Source: the human T2T-CHM13v2.0 reference genome, Homo sapiens. Taken from it: DNA of 64,000 nt. Positions 1 to 12,117 of the stretch are shown one piece after another (the first letter of the stretch is position 1; each line of letters opens with the position of its first letter). Both the position numbers and the translations under genes were made by a program. The stretch lies in assembly GCF_009914755.1 (NCBI RefSeq), contig NC_060929.1, one strand, 5' to 3'. A model generated the notes under the pieces. That model ran no database searches. It was given only the letters and a program-made list of their open reading frames with translations, and was not told the origin of the DNA.

Positions 1-279
1 CTCTCTGCAAGTCTCTCCCTCTGCTGTTGGTTCAGCATCTTCATTCACAGTGGCCGGGCCCCAGAGTGACAACAGTAGTGTAATTGTTGGGATGAGGATA
101 CAGGGAAACCACCGTGATGGTCCTGCCTGCTGACCTGGGAGGACAGCTTTGGTGGAGAAGACATGGAAGGAAAGACCAACTGGAAGTTTCCTACTCATTG
201 TTCACTTACATCAGACCAAGTGACAGCCCGATTATTTGAACAAAGGCATTGCTGGGAACCTGTTCTGCTGGTTACTTTC

Positions 280-733
280 CATTCGCCTCTCCCCCAGACC
301 CATACCCTGCCCTCTACCTGGCTCTGTGCTTTAAGAGGCTGACCTCTATGGATTGTGGTCAACATCCACAAGCTCCCTTTTCCTCTGGCTCTAGCTGGGT
401 TCTGCCAACTGCTTACACCAGTAGATCAGAGGCTGGAAGAACAGATTGGGTATTACTTCATTGGCCCCTCCCTGATTTGGCCCATCTCTCAGTGACTATA
501 GCTCCCGACAGGCAGCTCCCCTCCACAGCCTCAGTTCTCATAGGGCTCTGTGAATGTTATTTCCTCCCCTGTCCCTTTGGTCCTAATGGTGGTAATAACT
601 TCCCACCGGAGACCTCATGACCCTTTGGTTTTTTTCTTCACCTCTCCACTATAGAGTATTGTAGCTCTCTTATTGAAATCTCTTCATTTGACCCATCTGC
701 ATCAATTCTGTGTCCTTTCGAAATCCCGATACA
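280..733 (+). mobile_element. Old ERVL-type solo LTR, LTR33-like
   Basis: Segments 'ctggctctgtgc..ggctgacctctatgga', 'acaggcagctcccctccacag' and the terminus '..gataca' resemble the LTR33 consensus as recalled; boundaries approximate. Confidence 0.55.
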
Positions 734-1045
734 TCTGCCATTCTTTTGCTTCAGGGGTCTGCTTTTTCCTCCCCAGTGGGTGATGCAGAGGGTCTCTGAA
801 ACTGGGGTATACCTATATGAAACTATACTATGAAACTGAAACCTTATCTGTAGCTCTGAAGTAAGAGAAGCCCCAAGAGGTGTGCATGGTTCTAGGATGG
901 TGAGTGAAGCAAGTGCCTCGAGTGTGTGGGCAAGTGTTGATGCAGGATGGCAAGCACCTCTTGGAAAGGACACCCAAGGTCAGGCATTTCTAATCAAGGG
1001 TAAGGGCCTCTGAGGAAAGCTGGCTGGTTTCTCTGGTACTACCTT

Positions 1046-2375
1046 TTTTCATTCATTCGACAAATGTTCTTTGAGAACTGACTAGGTGCCTGGCACTTCA
1101 CTAAGTATAGTAGGCTGACTGGTAACCTCCCAGAAGGATACATCCATGTCCTCATCCCCAGAACCTGGGGATGCTGCTTTTATGGACAAAGATGTGATTA
1201 ACGAGTTGGAGAGGAAGAGTTTGTCCTGAATTACCTAGGCAGACCCTAAATCCAATGACAAGTATCCTCATGAGAGTGAGGAAGAGGGAGATTTGACAGG
1301 CAGCAGAGGAGGAAGCAATGCGACCATGGGGACAGAGATTGGAGTTATGCAACCCATCAACTAAGGAACACCTGGAACACCAGAAGCCAGAAAAGGCAAG
1401 AAAGTTTCCTCCTCTAGAGCCTTTGGAGGGAGCATGGCCCTCCGAACACCTTGAACTGGGACTAACTGGGTGGCTGCAAACAGCAGACAGAACTGTGCAA
1501 GAATAAATGTCTGCTGCTTCAAGCCACCCAGTTAGTGCATTGTGTTATGGCAAGCCCAGGAGATGAATATACCAAGTACTGGGGATCCAGTCATGATCAA
1601 GAAAGACATGGTCCTACCCTCCTAGAGCATGCAGTCCAGGAGAGCAAACAGATAATGATCAGGTGGACAAAAATACACAATTACAAACTAATAAGTGCAA
1701 TGATGTGCTTAGATAGAGAAAAATGCAAGAGACCTTATTTAAACTGGGGGTCAGGGAAAGCATCTTTGAGGAGGTGACCTCTGAGCTTGGACCTAAAGGA
1801 TGAGAGAGAACCAGCCATAGAAATCTCTCAGGGAAAAGTGTCAAGGCAAAGGAGAAAATAAGTCAAAGGCTCTGAGTGAGGGAACAGACTAACATGTTCA
1901 AGAAACTCAAAGAAGTCTAGTATAGTTGGAATGAGGTCAGAGAGGTAAGCAGGGCCAGGATGCACAGAGATTATGGGCCATGGTAGGGTCTTGGGATTTT
2001 ATTCTGTGATGAGAAGACTTCGGATGGTTGAGAGCAATGGAATGCCGTGAGCTAATTTAAGGTTTTACATCAACCCGTCTGGTTACTGGTATGGAACTGG
2101 TTGGAGGGAAATTGAGAGAGAGCAGGGAGACAAGTTAGTAGACTGTCACAGCTTTCCAGGGAAGCGGTAAAGATGAACTAAGGTGGTTCCTTCAAGGTGC
2201 AGAGGAGATGGATTGAGGACATAGTTTGGAGATAGAACTGTCAGGAATTGATGGATATGGGATATGAGAGAAAGACATGAGTTAAGGATGACACCAAGAT
2301 TTTAGGCTAGAGTAACTGGGTGTATGTGGTGCCATTTATTGAGTTGAGAAGATAAGAAGGGGTGAGGAAGACCCA
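1046..2375 (-). mobile_element. L2 LINE 3' portion, interrupted by an MLT1 LTR
   Basis: L2 3' end signature 'ttcattcattcgacaaatgttctttgag..aggtgcctggcac' at ~1048; L2 body resumes after 1571 ('ctggggatccagtcatgatcaagaaagacatggtcct', 'aaggatgacaccaagatttttaggc'). Confidence 0.75.
1108..1571 (+). mobile_element. ERVL-MaLR solo LTR, MLT1B/MLT1C-like
   Basis: 'ccctaaatccaatgacaagtatcctcatgaga', 'ccagaagccagaaaaggcaag', 'ctagagcctttggagggagcatggccc', AATAAA at 1502-1507, 'aagccacccagtt'. Confidence 0.85.
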
Positions 2376-3394
2376 AGAGAACGACATAACTGGGAAATGT
2401 CCCCACAATCCCTTTACATTTGTTATCAAAGTCTTCTGAGTTAGAAAAAGCTGTACCATTTTCGTCGTTTTAGAGGCCCAAGAGAAAGTATCCTGGCTCC
2501 TGCAAAGGTGTTACTGGAACCATTGGTCACCTAGATTTAATCACTCTAGCACCACAAAAACAACATAACAAGGAGCAGAGAAAAACCACAGAAGTACAAA
2601 GCTGGGTCTTCTAAAGGCAATGTTTGTTTTGTCTCCTATGCTGCATGAAGAGCGGCCCAATGTAAATTGTGGGTTCCATGGATTGGGATCTAATCTAATA
2701 AGCACCACACCGCACCCAGCTCTATCCACTCACTGTGGTCTTGACTCCATTGGTGGCATCAGGAGAAGATACAGCAGAGGGAGTAGTTGAGAGATATATC
2801 CTGAATATCTGAACAACCCACCCCTTACCAAACACTCCACTAAAATCACTGATGTTTTAGCCAAATGTTACCTCAGTATATTGAGTTCCGTAAATTGACT
2901 ACCCTTCTCCCTCAAACATAGGATTATGAGAAAGTGGCCCTGAGAAGGAATAAAATACCCACATTATCTAAACCTTCCTCAACTACTATTCTGCCTTCCA
3001 GGGAGCAGAGACAAAGCAACCTGCAATGATAGAGCCTGCACAGGGCCTACCAGCAAACTCTGCAGTCTTATATTGAAGTCCTAGATAAGACCCTTTCTGG
3101 GGAAGTCATCTGAAGAATAATCTCCCAAATCCATAGGTTATTTCTTCATCCCTTTCCAGGAGATAGCACACAGCTAAGAACCAGGAAGAAGGAAAGATGC
3201 ACACACAGCCTCAAGCCATAAGCTAAAGGCTTATGCATATTTCTCATCGGAAATCCAGAAATCCATTCACTGTAGTCTCTTTACCCTTCTTAGGGTTTAC
3301 TTAATTTCTTATTTTAAGGTCATGCCCAACTCTAACATTCTTGATGATCTGATTACTCAAGTTAGATCTTAGCAGTAATAACTGTGAAGGGAAG

Positions 3395-3738
3395 TGATAT
3401 GGTTTGGCTGTGTCCCCATCCAAATCTCATCTTAAATTCCCACGTGTTGTGGGAGGGACCCAGTGGGAGGTAATTGAATCATGGATGCAGGTCTTTCCCG
3501 TGCTGTTCTCATGATAGTCAATAAGTCTCTTGGGATCTGATGGTTCTATAAAGAGGAGTTTCCCTGCACAAGCTCTCTTTGCCTGCTGCCATCCACGGAA
3601 CATGTGACTTGCTCCTTCTTGCCTTCCACCATGATTGTGAGGCCTCCCCAACCATGTAGAACTGTAAGTCCACTAAACCTCTTTTTCTTCCCAGTCTCAG
3701 GTATGTCTTTTTCAGCAGCATGGAAATGGACTAATACA
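3395..3738 (+). mobile_element. THE1 (THE1A-like) solo LTR with 5-bp TSD GGAAG
   Basis: Starts TGATATGGTTTGGCTGTGTCCCC and ends GGACTAATACA; GGAAG at 3390-3394 and 3739-3743. Confidence 0.95.
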
Positions 3739-5431
3739 GGAAGAAAAATAAAGTACAAACCAGTGAGTGACACCTAAAAGCATGAGAAAAAAGGAGGTGA
3801 TAGAAAATACAAATTAAAAACCAGAAACAAGAATTGGAAAAGCTTAGAGCTAAATAGTGCCAGAGCAAATGTTCCAAATCAGTTTAGTAGCCCAAGGGGG
3901 CAGCTTTGAATTGCTGCATGGTTTAATAATTGATTCCAAGCACAGCAACTGGACAAGGAGGGTATCCCTTGACTACACTTGTCAGGCCCAACCTTTCCAG
4001 GGCTGGGCTCAGGGTAAACTGTCTCTCTCTGGGCTACCCCCATACCTGACCCTCAGCAAGAGGGGGTCACATAGCCCATAAAAGTAGGCATTCATCAACC
4101 CCCTATGGTACATCCAACACAATTCTAAGCCTGGGAAGAAGCTTAATGCAGCTTCCTCCAGAGTCATGGGATGCTTATCAACCACAGTTCCCCGGGCTTC
4201 AAAGGGTCTGTTGAGCACTGACACTCTGCAGGGCAAAGAAAGGGACCCAGTGCTGACTTTTAAAAAATGGACGACTTTTTAGAGCAGTTTTTAGGTTCCC
4301 AACAAAATTGAACACACAACACAGAGATTTTCTACATACCCCCACCTCCCACATGCATAACCTCTCCTACAATCAGCATCCCCCACAAGAGTGGGACATT
4401 GGTTACAATCAATGACTCTACATTGACTCATCCTCATGTATGTGTGTCTATAGTTCACATTAGGGTTCACTCTTGGTGTCGTACATTCTATGTGTTCAGA
4501 CAAATGTAAAATGACATGTATCCACTATTATAGTATCATACAAAGTAGTTTCACTGCCCCAAAAATCCTCTTTGCTCCACCCATTTGTCCCTCCCTTCCC
4601 CAACTCCAGGCTACCACTGATCTTTTCCTGTCTCTACAGTTTTGCCTTTTCCAGAATGTCGTATGGTTGGATCATGTAGTACATAGCCTTTTCAGGTTAG
4701 CTTCTTTCACTGGGTAATATGCATTTAAGTTTCTTCCGTGTCTTTTCATGGCTTGATAGCTCATTTGTTTATAGTGCTGAATAATATTCCATAGTCTGAT
4801 GTGCCACAATCTATCCATTTGCCTACTGAAGGACATCTTGGTTGCTTCCAAGTTTTGCCAAATATGAATAAAGCTGCTATAAATATCCATGTGTAGGTTC
4901 TTGTGTATAGAGTTTTCAGCTCCCTTGAGTAAATACCAAGGAGTGTGATTACTGAATCTTATGGTAAAAGTTTTTTTAAAAAAGATATGTTTAGTTTTGT
5001 AAGAAACTGCTAAACTGTTTGCCAAAGTGGCTGTACCATTTTACACTCCCACTAGCAGTAAATGAGCATTTCTGTTGCTCTACAACATCAGCGTACTGGG
5101 TTTTGACCATTCTAATAAGTGTGTAGTGATATCTCATTGTTGTTTTAATTTGTATTTTCCTGGTGACACATGATATGGAGCTTGTTTTCATTTGCTTATT
5201 GCTATCTACATCTTCTTTGGTGAGATGCCTGTTAAGGTCTTTGGCCCATTTTTTAATTATAATGTGTGTTTTCTTATTGTTGAGTTTTTAAGAGTTCTTT
5301 GTGTATTTTGAATAAGGGTCCTTTATCAGATGTTTCTTTTGTAAATATTTCCTCCCAGTCTGTAGTCTGCCTTTTCATTCTCTTGAGAGTGCTGTTTCCA
5401 GAGCAAAAAAGTTTCATTTCAATGAAGTTCA

Positions 5432-5862
5432 GTATTTTAGTCCATTTTGTGTTGCTATAAAGAAATAGCTGAGGCCAAGTAATTTATCACAAAAAAAAAA
5501 AGGTTTATTTGGCTCACAGTTCTGCCAGCTGTATAAGAAGCATGGTGCTGAAATCTGCTTGGCTTCTGGTGAGGGCCTCAGGTTCCTTCCATTCATGGTG
5601 AGGGCAAAGGGGAACCAATGTGTGCAAAGATCCCATGGCGAGAGAGGAAGCAAGAGAGAGTGGGGAAGTGCCAGGCTCTTTCTACCAGTCAGCTTTCATA
5701 GGAACTTACAGAGTGAGAACTCACTTACCCCAAGAGAGGGCATTAATCTATTCATGAAGGATTCACCCCCATGACCCAAACACCTCCCATGGGCCCCATC
5801 CCCAACATCAGGAACCAAACTTCAACATGAAGTTTGAGGGGACAAATATCCAAACCATAGCA
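5432..5862 (-). mobile_element. MSTB-like MaLR solo LTR inserted into the L1
   Basis: 'tagtccattttgtgttgctataaagaaata..ggtttatttggctcacagttctg..ggacaaatatccaaaccatagca'; L1 sequence continues on both sides. Confidence 0.9.
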
Positions 5863-7205
5863 TGTACTTAATCAATTATTTCTTTTATGGGTTGTGCCTT
5901 TGATGTTATATCTAGAAAGTTATCACCATTATCACCAAACCCAAGGTCATCTAGATTTTTTCATATGTTATCTTCTAGGAATTTTATAAATTTGCATTTT
6001 AAATGTATGTCAGTGACACATTTTCAGTTAATTTTTGTGAAGAGTGAAAAGTCTATGTCTACATTCATTTTTTTGCACATGGATGACCAGTGGTCCTAGC
6101 ATCATTTATTGAAGAGGTTGTCTTTACTCCATTGTATTGCCTCTGCTCTTTTGTCATATTTATATGGGTCTATTTCTTGGCTCTTCATTCTGTTCCATTG
6201 ATCTATCTGTCTGTTCTTTCACCAGTAAAACACTGTCTTGATTACTATGGCTTTATAGTAAGTCTTGAAGTTGGGCAATGTCAGTCTTCTGACTTTGTTC
6301 TTGTCCTTCAACATTGTTCTGGCTATTCTGGGTCTTTTGCCCCTCCATATAAACTTTGAGATCAGTTTGTCAATATCCACAATCCATATATCAAGTTGGA
6401 CAAAACTAACGTCTTGACTATGTTGAGTCTTTCTATCCAGGAACATGAAATATCTCTTCATTTAGTTTTTTGATTTCTTTCATCAGAATTTTGTAGTTTT
6501 CCTCATACAGATCTTATATGTACTTTGTTTTATATAAAAAGCATTTTATTTTTTGAGTACTAATGTAAAAGATATTCTGTTTTTAATTTCAAATTCACAT
6601 GTTGCTGGCATACAGAAAAGCAATCGACACTTGTGTTTTAACCATGTATCTTGCAGCTGTGATATAATTGCATATTAGTTCCAGGAATTTTTTTTTGTCA
6701 GTTCATTTGGATTTTCTACATAGATGATCATGTCATCTGCACACAAAAATAGTTTCATTTCTTTCTTTCCAATTTATATAACTTTTATTTCCCTTTCTTG
6801 TCTTATTGCACTAGCTAGAGTTTCAGTACGATGTAGAAAAGCAGTGGTGAGAGGGGACATCCTTGCCTTGTTTATAATCTTAGAAGGAAAGTTTCAAGTT
6901 TCTTGCTAAGTATGATGTTAGCTATAGGGTTTTTTTGTGGATATTCTTTATCAAGTTGAGGAAGTTCCCCTCTGTTCCTAGTTTACTAAGAGGTCTTTTT
7001 ATTATTATGAATGGGTGTTGGATTTTGTCAAATGCTTTTTCTGCATCTACTGATATGATCATGTGATTTTTCTCCTTAGCCTGTTGATGTGATGGATTAC
7101 ATTAATTGATTTTTGAATTTTGAACCAGTCTGGTATACCTGGGATAAACCTCACTTGGTCATAGTGTATAACTCCTTTTAAACATTGTTAGATTTGATTT
7201 GCTTA

Positions 7206-7239
7206 TTTTTTTTTTTGAGGCGGAGTCTTGCTCTGTCGC
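7206..7239 (-). mobile_element. Extremely 5'-truncated Alu (last ~23 nt plus A11 tail) with 12-bp TSD
   Basis: T11-GAGGCGGAGTCTTGCTCTGTCGC flanked by TTGATTTGCTTA at 7194-7205 and 7240-7251. Confidence 0.9.
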
Positions 7240-9792
7240 TTGATTTGCTTATATTTTGTCAAGAATGTTCTCATCTATGTTTATGAAAGATATTGGCCTG
7301 ATTTTCCTTTTCTTGTAATGTCTTTCTTTGGCTTTGGTATTGGAGTAATGCTGACCTCATAGAATGACTTAGAAAGTATTTCCTCTGTTTCTATCTTCTG
7401 AAAGAGATTGTAGAAACTTTATATAATTTTTTCCTTAAATGTTTGATAGAATTCACCTGTCATCCATCTGGGCCTAGCGTTTTCTGTTTTCTTTAATAGA
7501 TATAGGCCCTTTCAGATTGTCTATTTTGTGTGTGTGAGTTTTGGCAAATTGTATTTTTCAAGGAATTGGTTCACTTCATCTAGGTTATCAAATTTGTGAG
7601 CTTAGAGTTGTTCATAGTATTCCTTGATTATCCTTTTAATGTCCATGGGATCTATAGTAATGTCCCCTCTTTCATTTCTGATATTAATAATTTGTGTCTT
7701 CTGCCTTTTTTCTTAGCCTGGCTAGAGGCTTATCACTTTCATTAGTTTTTGCAAAGAAGCAGCTTTTAGTTTTATTGATTTTCCCCATTGATTTTCTTTT
7801 TAATTTTATTGATTTCTGCTCTAATTTTTTATTTTTTCTTTTCTTCCGATTACTTTGGATTTAGTTTGCTCTTCATTTTCTAGTTTCCCAAGGTGGAAAT
7901 TTAGCTGAATGACTTCAGATCTTTCTTCTTTCTAATATATGCATTCAGTGCTATACATTTTTCTCTTAAGTGCTGCTTTCATTGTATCTCACAAATTTTG
8001 ATAAGTTGTGTTTTCATTTTCATTTAGTTCAAAATATTTTAAATTTTCTTTTGAGATTTCTTCTTTGACCCATATGTTATTTAGAAATGTGTTGCTTAAT
8101 TTCACAGTATTTGGGGATTTCCTAGCTATGTTTTTATTTACTTTTACTTTTTGCTTGCTTTAATTCCATTGTGGTCTGAGAGCAGACATTGTATGATTCC
8201 CATTCTCGTAAGCATGTTAAGGTGTGTTTTATGGCCCAGAAAGTAGTCTATCTTCATGAACATTCCACATGAACTTGAGAAGACTGCGTATTCTTCAGCA
8301 GTGACTTTTTAAAATCAGAAACAAGGACCACACTTATTCTGGTTAACATTGATATCCAGACAGTATTGTAATCAAGCTATAGATGTATTAAATAAACAAA
8401 AATGTGACAAAGAGATGATCAATTAAGAGAAGTAACCGTACCCATCGTGGTAACAATGGGTGTCTTGCCCACATTCCATCTCTTGGGGGTTTAATTTTCA
8501 TTATAAAATTATCCACAGACTGAGATCCTATGTCCCTGCCAGGACTAGATTCATATACCCAGAAAATAGTCTATATAGAAGTGCTCATTCCTTGTGAGTG
8601 TCAGCCAAACGCTGCATTAGGTTTTAGACAAAACAAGACATAACACATACACCTACATGCACATACACATTCACACCACAGAGCCCAGGCATGCTGAGTC
8701 AGGCTGTAGACTGTTAATGCTAGAAGGAAGGGCCTTTAACAATGATGTACCTCTGCCTCCTCCTGAGGGAAAACTCAGGTGAAGGAAGGAGAAATTCTAA
8801 AATCCCCTCAGTTCAAACATGTCACCATCCTGACTCACAGATGTATGTAGTTCACATAGCGTTTGTCCCTGGGGCCTCATCTCCTCAGCAGATGATGAAC
8901 TTTCTGAGGTGAAGTACAACCCACAAGGCACCCCAGCCAATTGGAGGCCTCCATAGAATCCTAACCACTCTGGGTCACAAAGAGGCGCCCCGTGTGAAAG
9001 CTAGCTCTGGGTATCTCCCTCGGGACTGCATCCCTCCCTGCTCCAACTCAGGCCCCTGCCTAGCATCTTCTTCCTCCCGCTGAGGATTAACTGTTCTGCA
9101 TCTTCGGCAGGAAATGAGTTCTTTGCTGTTTATTGTGGTCAAATCCTAAAATGAAGTCAATCCAGCAGTAAAGGCTGGATAAGCTGATGTCTCTTTATTA
9201 ATGCACGAGGCACTTTGCAGTCCACCACTGTCCATGCTGAGATTGATGGAAGCTGAAAAGGAAGTGTAAGTTAAATTATGTCTTTGATAACTTCTGCTTA
9301 ACTTGCCTGTCAGGGTCCGAGAAGATTAGATATCTGTGATTTATTCCCATGTTAATCTGAATAAACACATGCACACACTCACACACTCACGCACATGCAC
9401 ACATGGCTGCTCATGAGAGACTGCACCGGGCTGCATTGTTAAAGGCAGTCTGCAGTGGTCTGCACTGACAGGACAGAACAGAAGGTTCATTATTCCTTTC
9501 TTTATTCCTTCATTCCTTCGTTCATTTGCTCACGCAAGCTGTCCTCATCGGCTTCTGTTCTTGCTATGAAGGGCCTTGTGCTGGGCAGGAAGAAAACTCT
9601 AGGGGCCCTAAAGTTTGCCAGTTTCTAGGCAAATGGTCTGGCAGTAATTAATCTAGAGGCTTATTTGAAGCAATTCCTAGCAGCTCCAGCCCTTCTCTCA
9701 CAGGTGAGGCTGTCTGCAACCAGCTCCCTTTCCCCAGTCATTCTTTCCTCATGAGCAAACGGTGAAACCAGAGTGCTTCATAATCATCGCAG

Positions 9793-10005
9793 CCACCATT
9801 TACTGATGCTCATTATGCATGGGGTCCTTTACATGAATTATTTTAGTTAATCCTCCCCACAGTCCTCTGAAGGAAGCACAGTTGTTTTGCTCTTTTTACT
9901 ATCTGAGGCTCAGAGAAGTTACACAACCTGTCCAAAGCCACCAAGGCATGAAACAGGGATTCTAAGCGCAGAAGGTAAGACTTCAGAGTCCATGTTCTTA
10001 ACCCC
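9793..10005 (-). mobile_element. MIR SINE
   Basis: Core 'ctgaggctcagagaagttacacaacctgtccaaagccac' and 'gacttcagagtccatgttcttaacc'. Confidence 0.75.
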
Positions 10006-10539
10006 CACATCAGACTCTTGAGTACAGTCCTCATACACTAGCATCAAGGCCAGGTGGGTGATCTTACAGGTCTTTGGACTGCTCTGGGCCACAAGTGCTC
10101 ATTGCCTGCATTCTCTATGGTTTTCCAGGGATCAGCTTGCTACTGTCTTTGAGTGATGCCTTCATGCTACCTTTTCTTTTCAGACTTCTGCTGACGATGC
10201 TGGTCATGTGGAAGGGACTTGTCCTAGCTTGGCCTTCAAGGACTCCCAGGGCTGAGTTCAGAGCCATGGGGATACCAGGCAAGGGTGGAGAAAGAGGACA
10301 AAGTGATCAGCATCCTTGATGGAGAGCGCCTGACACAAGTGCAAAGGGACCCACAGGGATCCACGAGTTCAGGTCCTTCCCAGAGGTAACAAAAGCCTCA
10401 GGGCTGCCCTGGCCACCTCGAAATCTCAGGAGAGCCCTCTGGTATTGCTTGAGATTCTCCTTGGACATAAGTTGGTGATCACATCTCCTTCCACTGCTTC
10501 AAACTTCCCTATGCTACAACACATCCATGAGTTGATGTC

Positions 10540-10960
10540 TCCAGTCCCCATCTTACTCCTAAGCTGCAGACCAGAATATCCAACTGGATACCAACATCTG
10601 TCTCCACCAGGTGCCCCCAGAGACTTTTCCAACCCAATATAGCTCAAGCTAGATTCAATGTCTTTCCCCTACACCTATTTCCTCCTGTGCTGCTTTTAAC
10701 TCTCCATCTAGTCTGGAACCAGGCTCTAGACCTCAGGTTCTTCCTTCTTTTCACCTTCTCCTATCAGCCTTTCTCTTCTTCCCCATAATTACTATCTGTG
10801 TTCAGAATCTCTGCATTTCTTATCTCTTCACCTTAGATTAAGCCAGAGCCTCTGGCCCCACCAGCCTCTAGCTATCCCAGTCCATCTGCACACATACTGC
10901 CAGAATGGGCTTCTGGAAACATAACCCTGAATCAAGTCACTTCTCTGCTCTAAGCCCAGC
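10540..10960 (+). mobile_element. Degenerate L2 fragment
   Basis: 'ccagaatatccaactggataccaacatct', 'ccatctgcacacatactgccagaatgggcttctggaaacataaccctgaatcaagtcact'. Confidence 0.5.
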
Positions 10961-11349
10961 AATGCTCACCCCTGCCCCATGCCTTCACAGCAGTTTTCAA
11001 ATTGCCATCTTATTGGGCAATGACAGGTACACAGAGAGGAGAATCTTTAAGAAGCTTTTAAGAATGGTGTTCATTAAGAGTCATTTACTAAACAAATGTC
11101 TCTTGAGTATCTCCTATCATCCAGGCCTTGTACTAGGAACTGGGGATGCATTGGTGAACTATACATTGAATACTTGTGTTCATGGACCCAGAGGCCCATG
11201 AAGGGAAACGGAAAACATAAAATGAACAAACAGCCTTGAATATAATATCAGATAGTAATATTTTCAGTGGGAAAAAAAAGACAAGGTAAGGGAAGAGAGA
11301 GGAACAAAGCCAAGACTTATTTTAGTTGGGGTGTTCAGGAATTGCAAAA

Positions 11350-11585
11350 GATGTTTATGGAGTGCTTACCTCATGTCAGGCTGTATTCTAAGTGCATCAT
11401 ATTTATTAATGCAGTTACTAATCATGGTAAACCAGTGAGATAGGCCGTTATTATTACTCCTCGTTTTGCAGATGAGAAAACTGAGCATAAAAGCTCAAGT
11501 TCACAAAGCTAGTGACTAGTGGAATCACGCTTTTACTCCAGGCAATTTGTTCCCAGAGCCCGCCCTCCTGGTCACTATGCTGTGC
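11350..11585 (-). mobile_element. MIR SINE
   Basis: 'attattactcctcgttttgcagatgagaaaactgag' core. Confidence 0.8.
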
Positions 11586-11636
11586 TGATTCTCTTAAGAC
11601 ATGATGTTTAAGTTGAGGACTGACAGGGTAGGGGCT

Positions 11637-12117
11637 ACCTTAGTCTGCATTCTCCTAGAAGCAAACCTGAGACAAGGATTCATGGGCAGGTAGTTTATTT
11701 AAGAGGTACATCTCAGGAGGCCCTGGTAGGGGAGTGAGAAAGTGAGACAGGGAAGAGAAAGAAGCCAACAAGGACTGTGTTGTCAAGCAAGTTACCACTG
11801 TGGGCAAATGGAGCTTAATCCCACTGGGAACTCTGGGATCTAGTATAAAACACATGTCTCTAAGTCTCCTTCCCACCCAAAGGGTTGAGGGAGCTGGAGT
11901 GTTTATACAACAATTCCCATTTCATTGTTTGAGGGCTGCTGTCAAGGGCAGTAATTTTCTGGACTTATGACCTGCCATTTGCACAGGCAGTGGCAGTTCT
12001 CATCTGAGAAAGCCCTTGGGCAAGGAGGCACAGGTTCTGGCAGGTGGGAGTCTGGCTGAACACATAGAAATGTTGAGACTCAGGGGGAATACAGCCAAGG
12101 CACCAACAGCTTCTGCT
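11637..12117 (-). mobile_element. LTR16-family ERVL solo LTR
   Basis: 'ttagtctgcattctcctagaagcaaacctgagacaaggattcatgggcaggtagtttattt' is the reverse complement of the LTR16 3' end as recalled. Confidence 0.75.

Larger units (their letters stand above)
4257..8305 (-). mobile_element. 5'-truncated old L1 (L1MC1/2-like 3' UTR plus degenerate ORF2 C-terminal half)
   Basis: 3'UTR 'ttttagagcagtttttaggttc..'; ORF-track peptides FIWRGKRPRIARTMLKDKNKVRRLTLPNFKTYYKAIVIKTVFYW (6219-6461) and QIKTTMRYH (4991-5191) match L1 ORF2p; many stops and frameshifts. Confidence 0.92.

Noticed and set aside
4672-6909. L1 ORF2-like peptides
   Set aside because: Fragmented by stops, frameshifts and an MSTB insertion; a dead L1, not a gene
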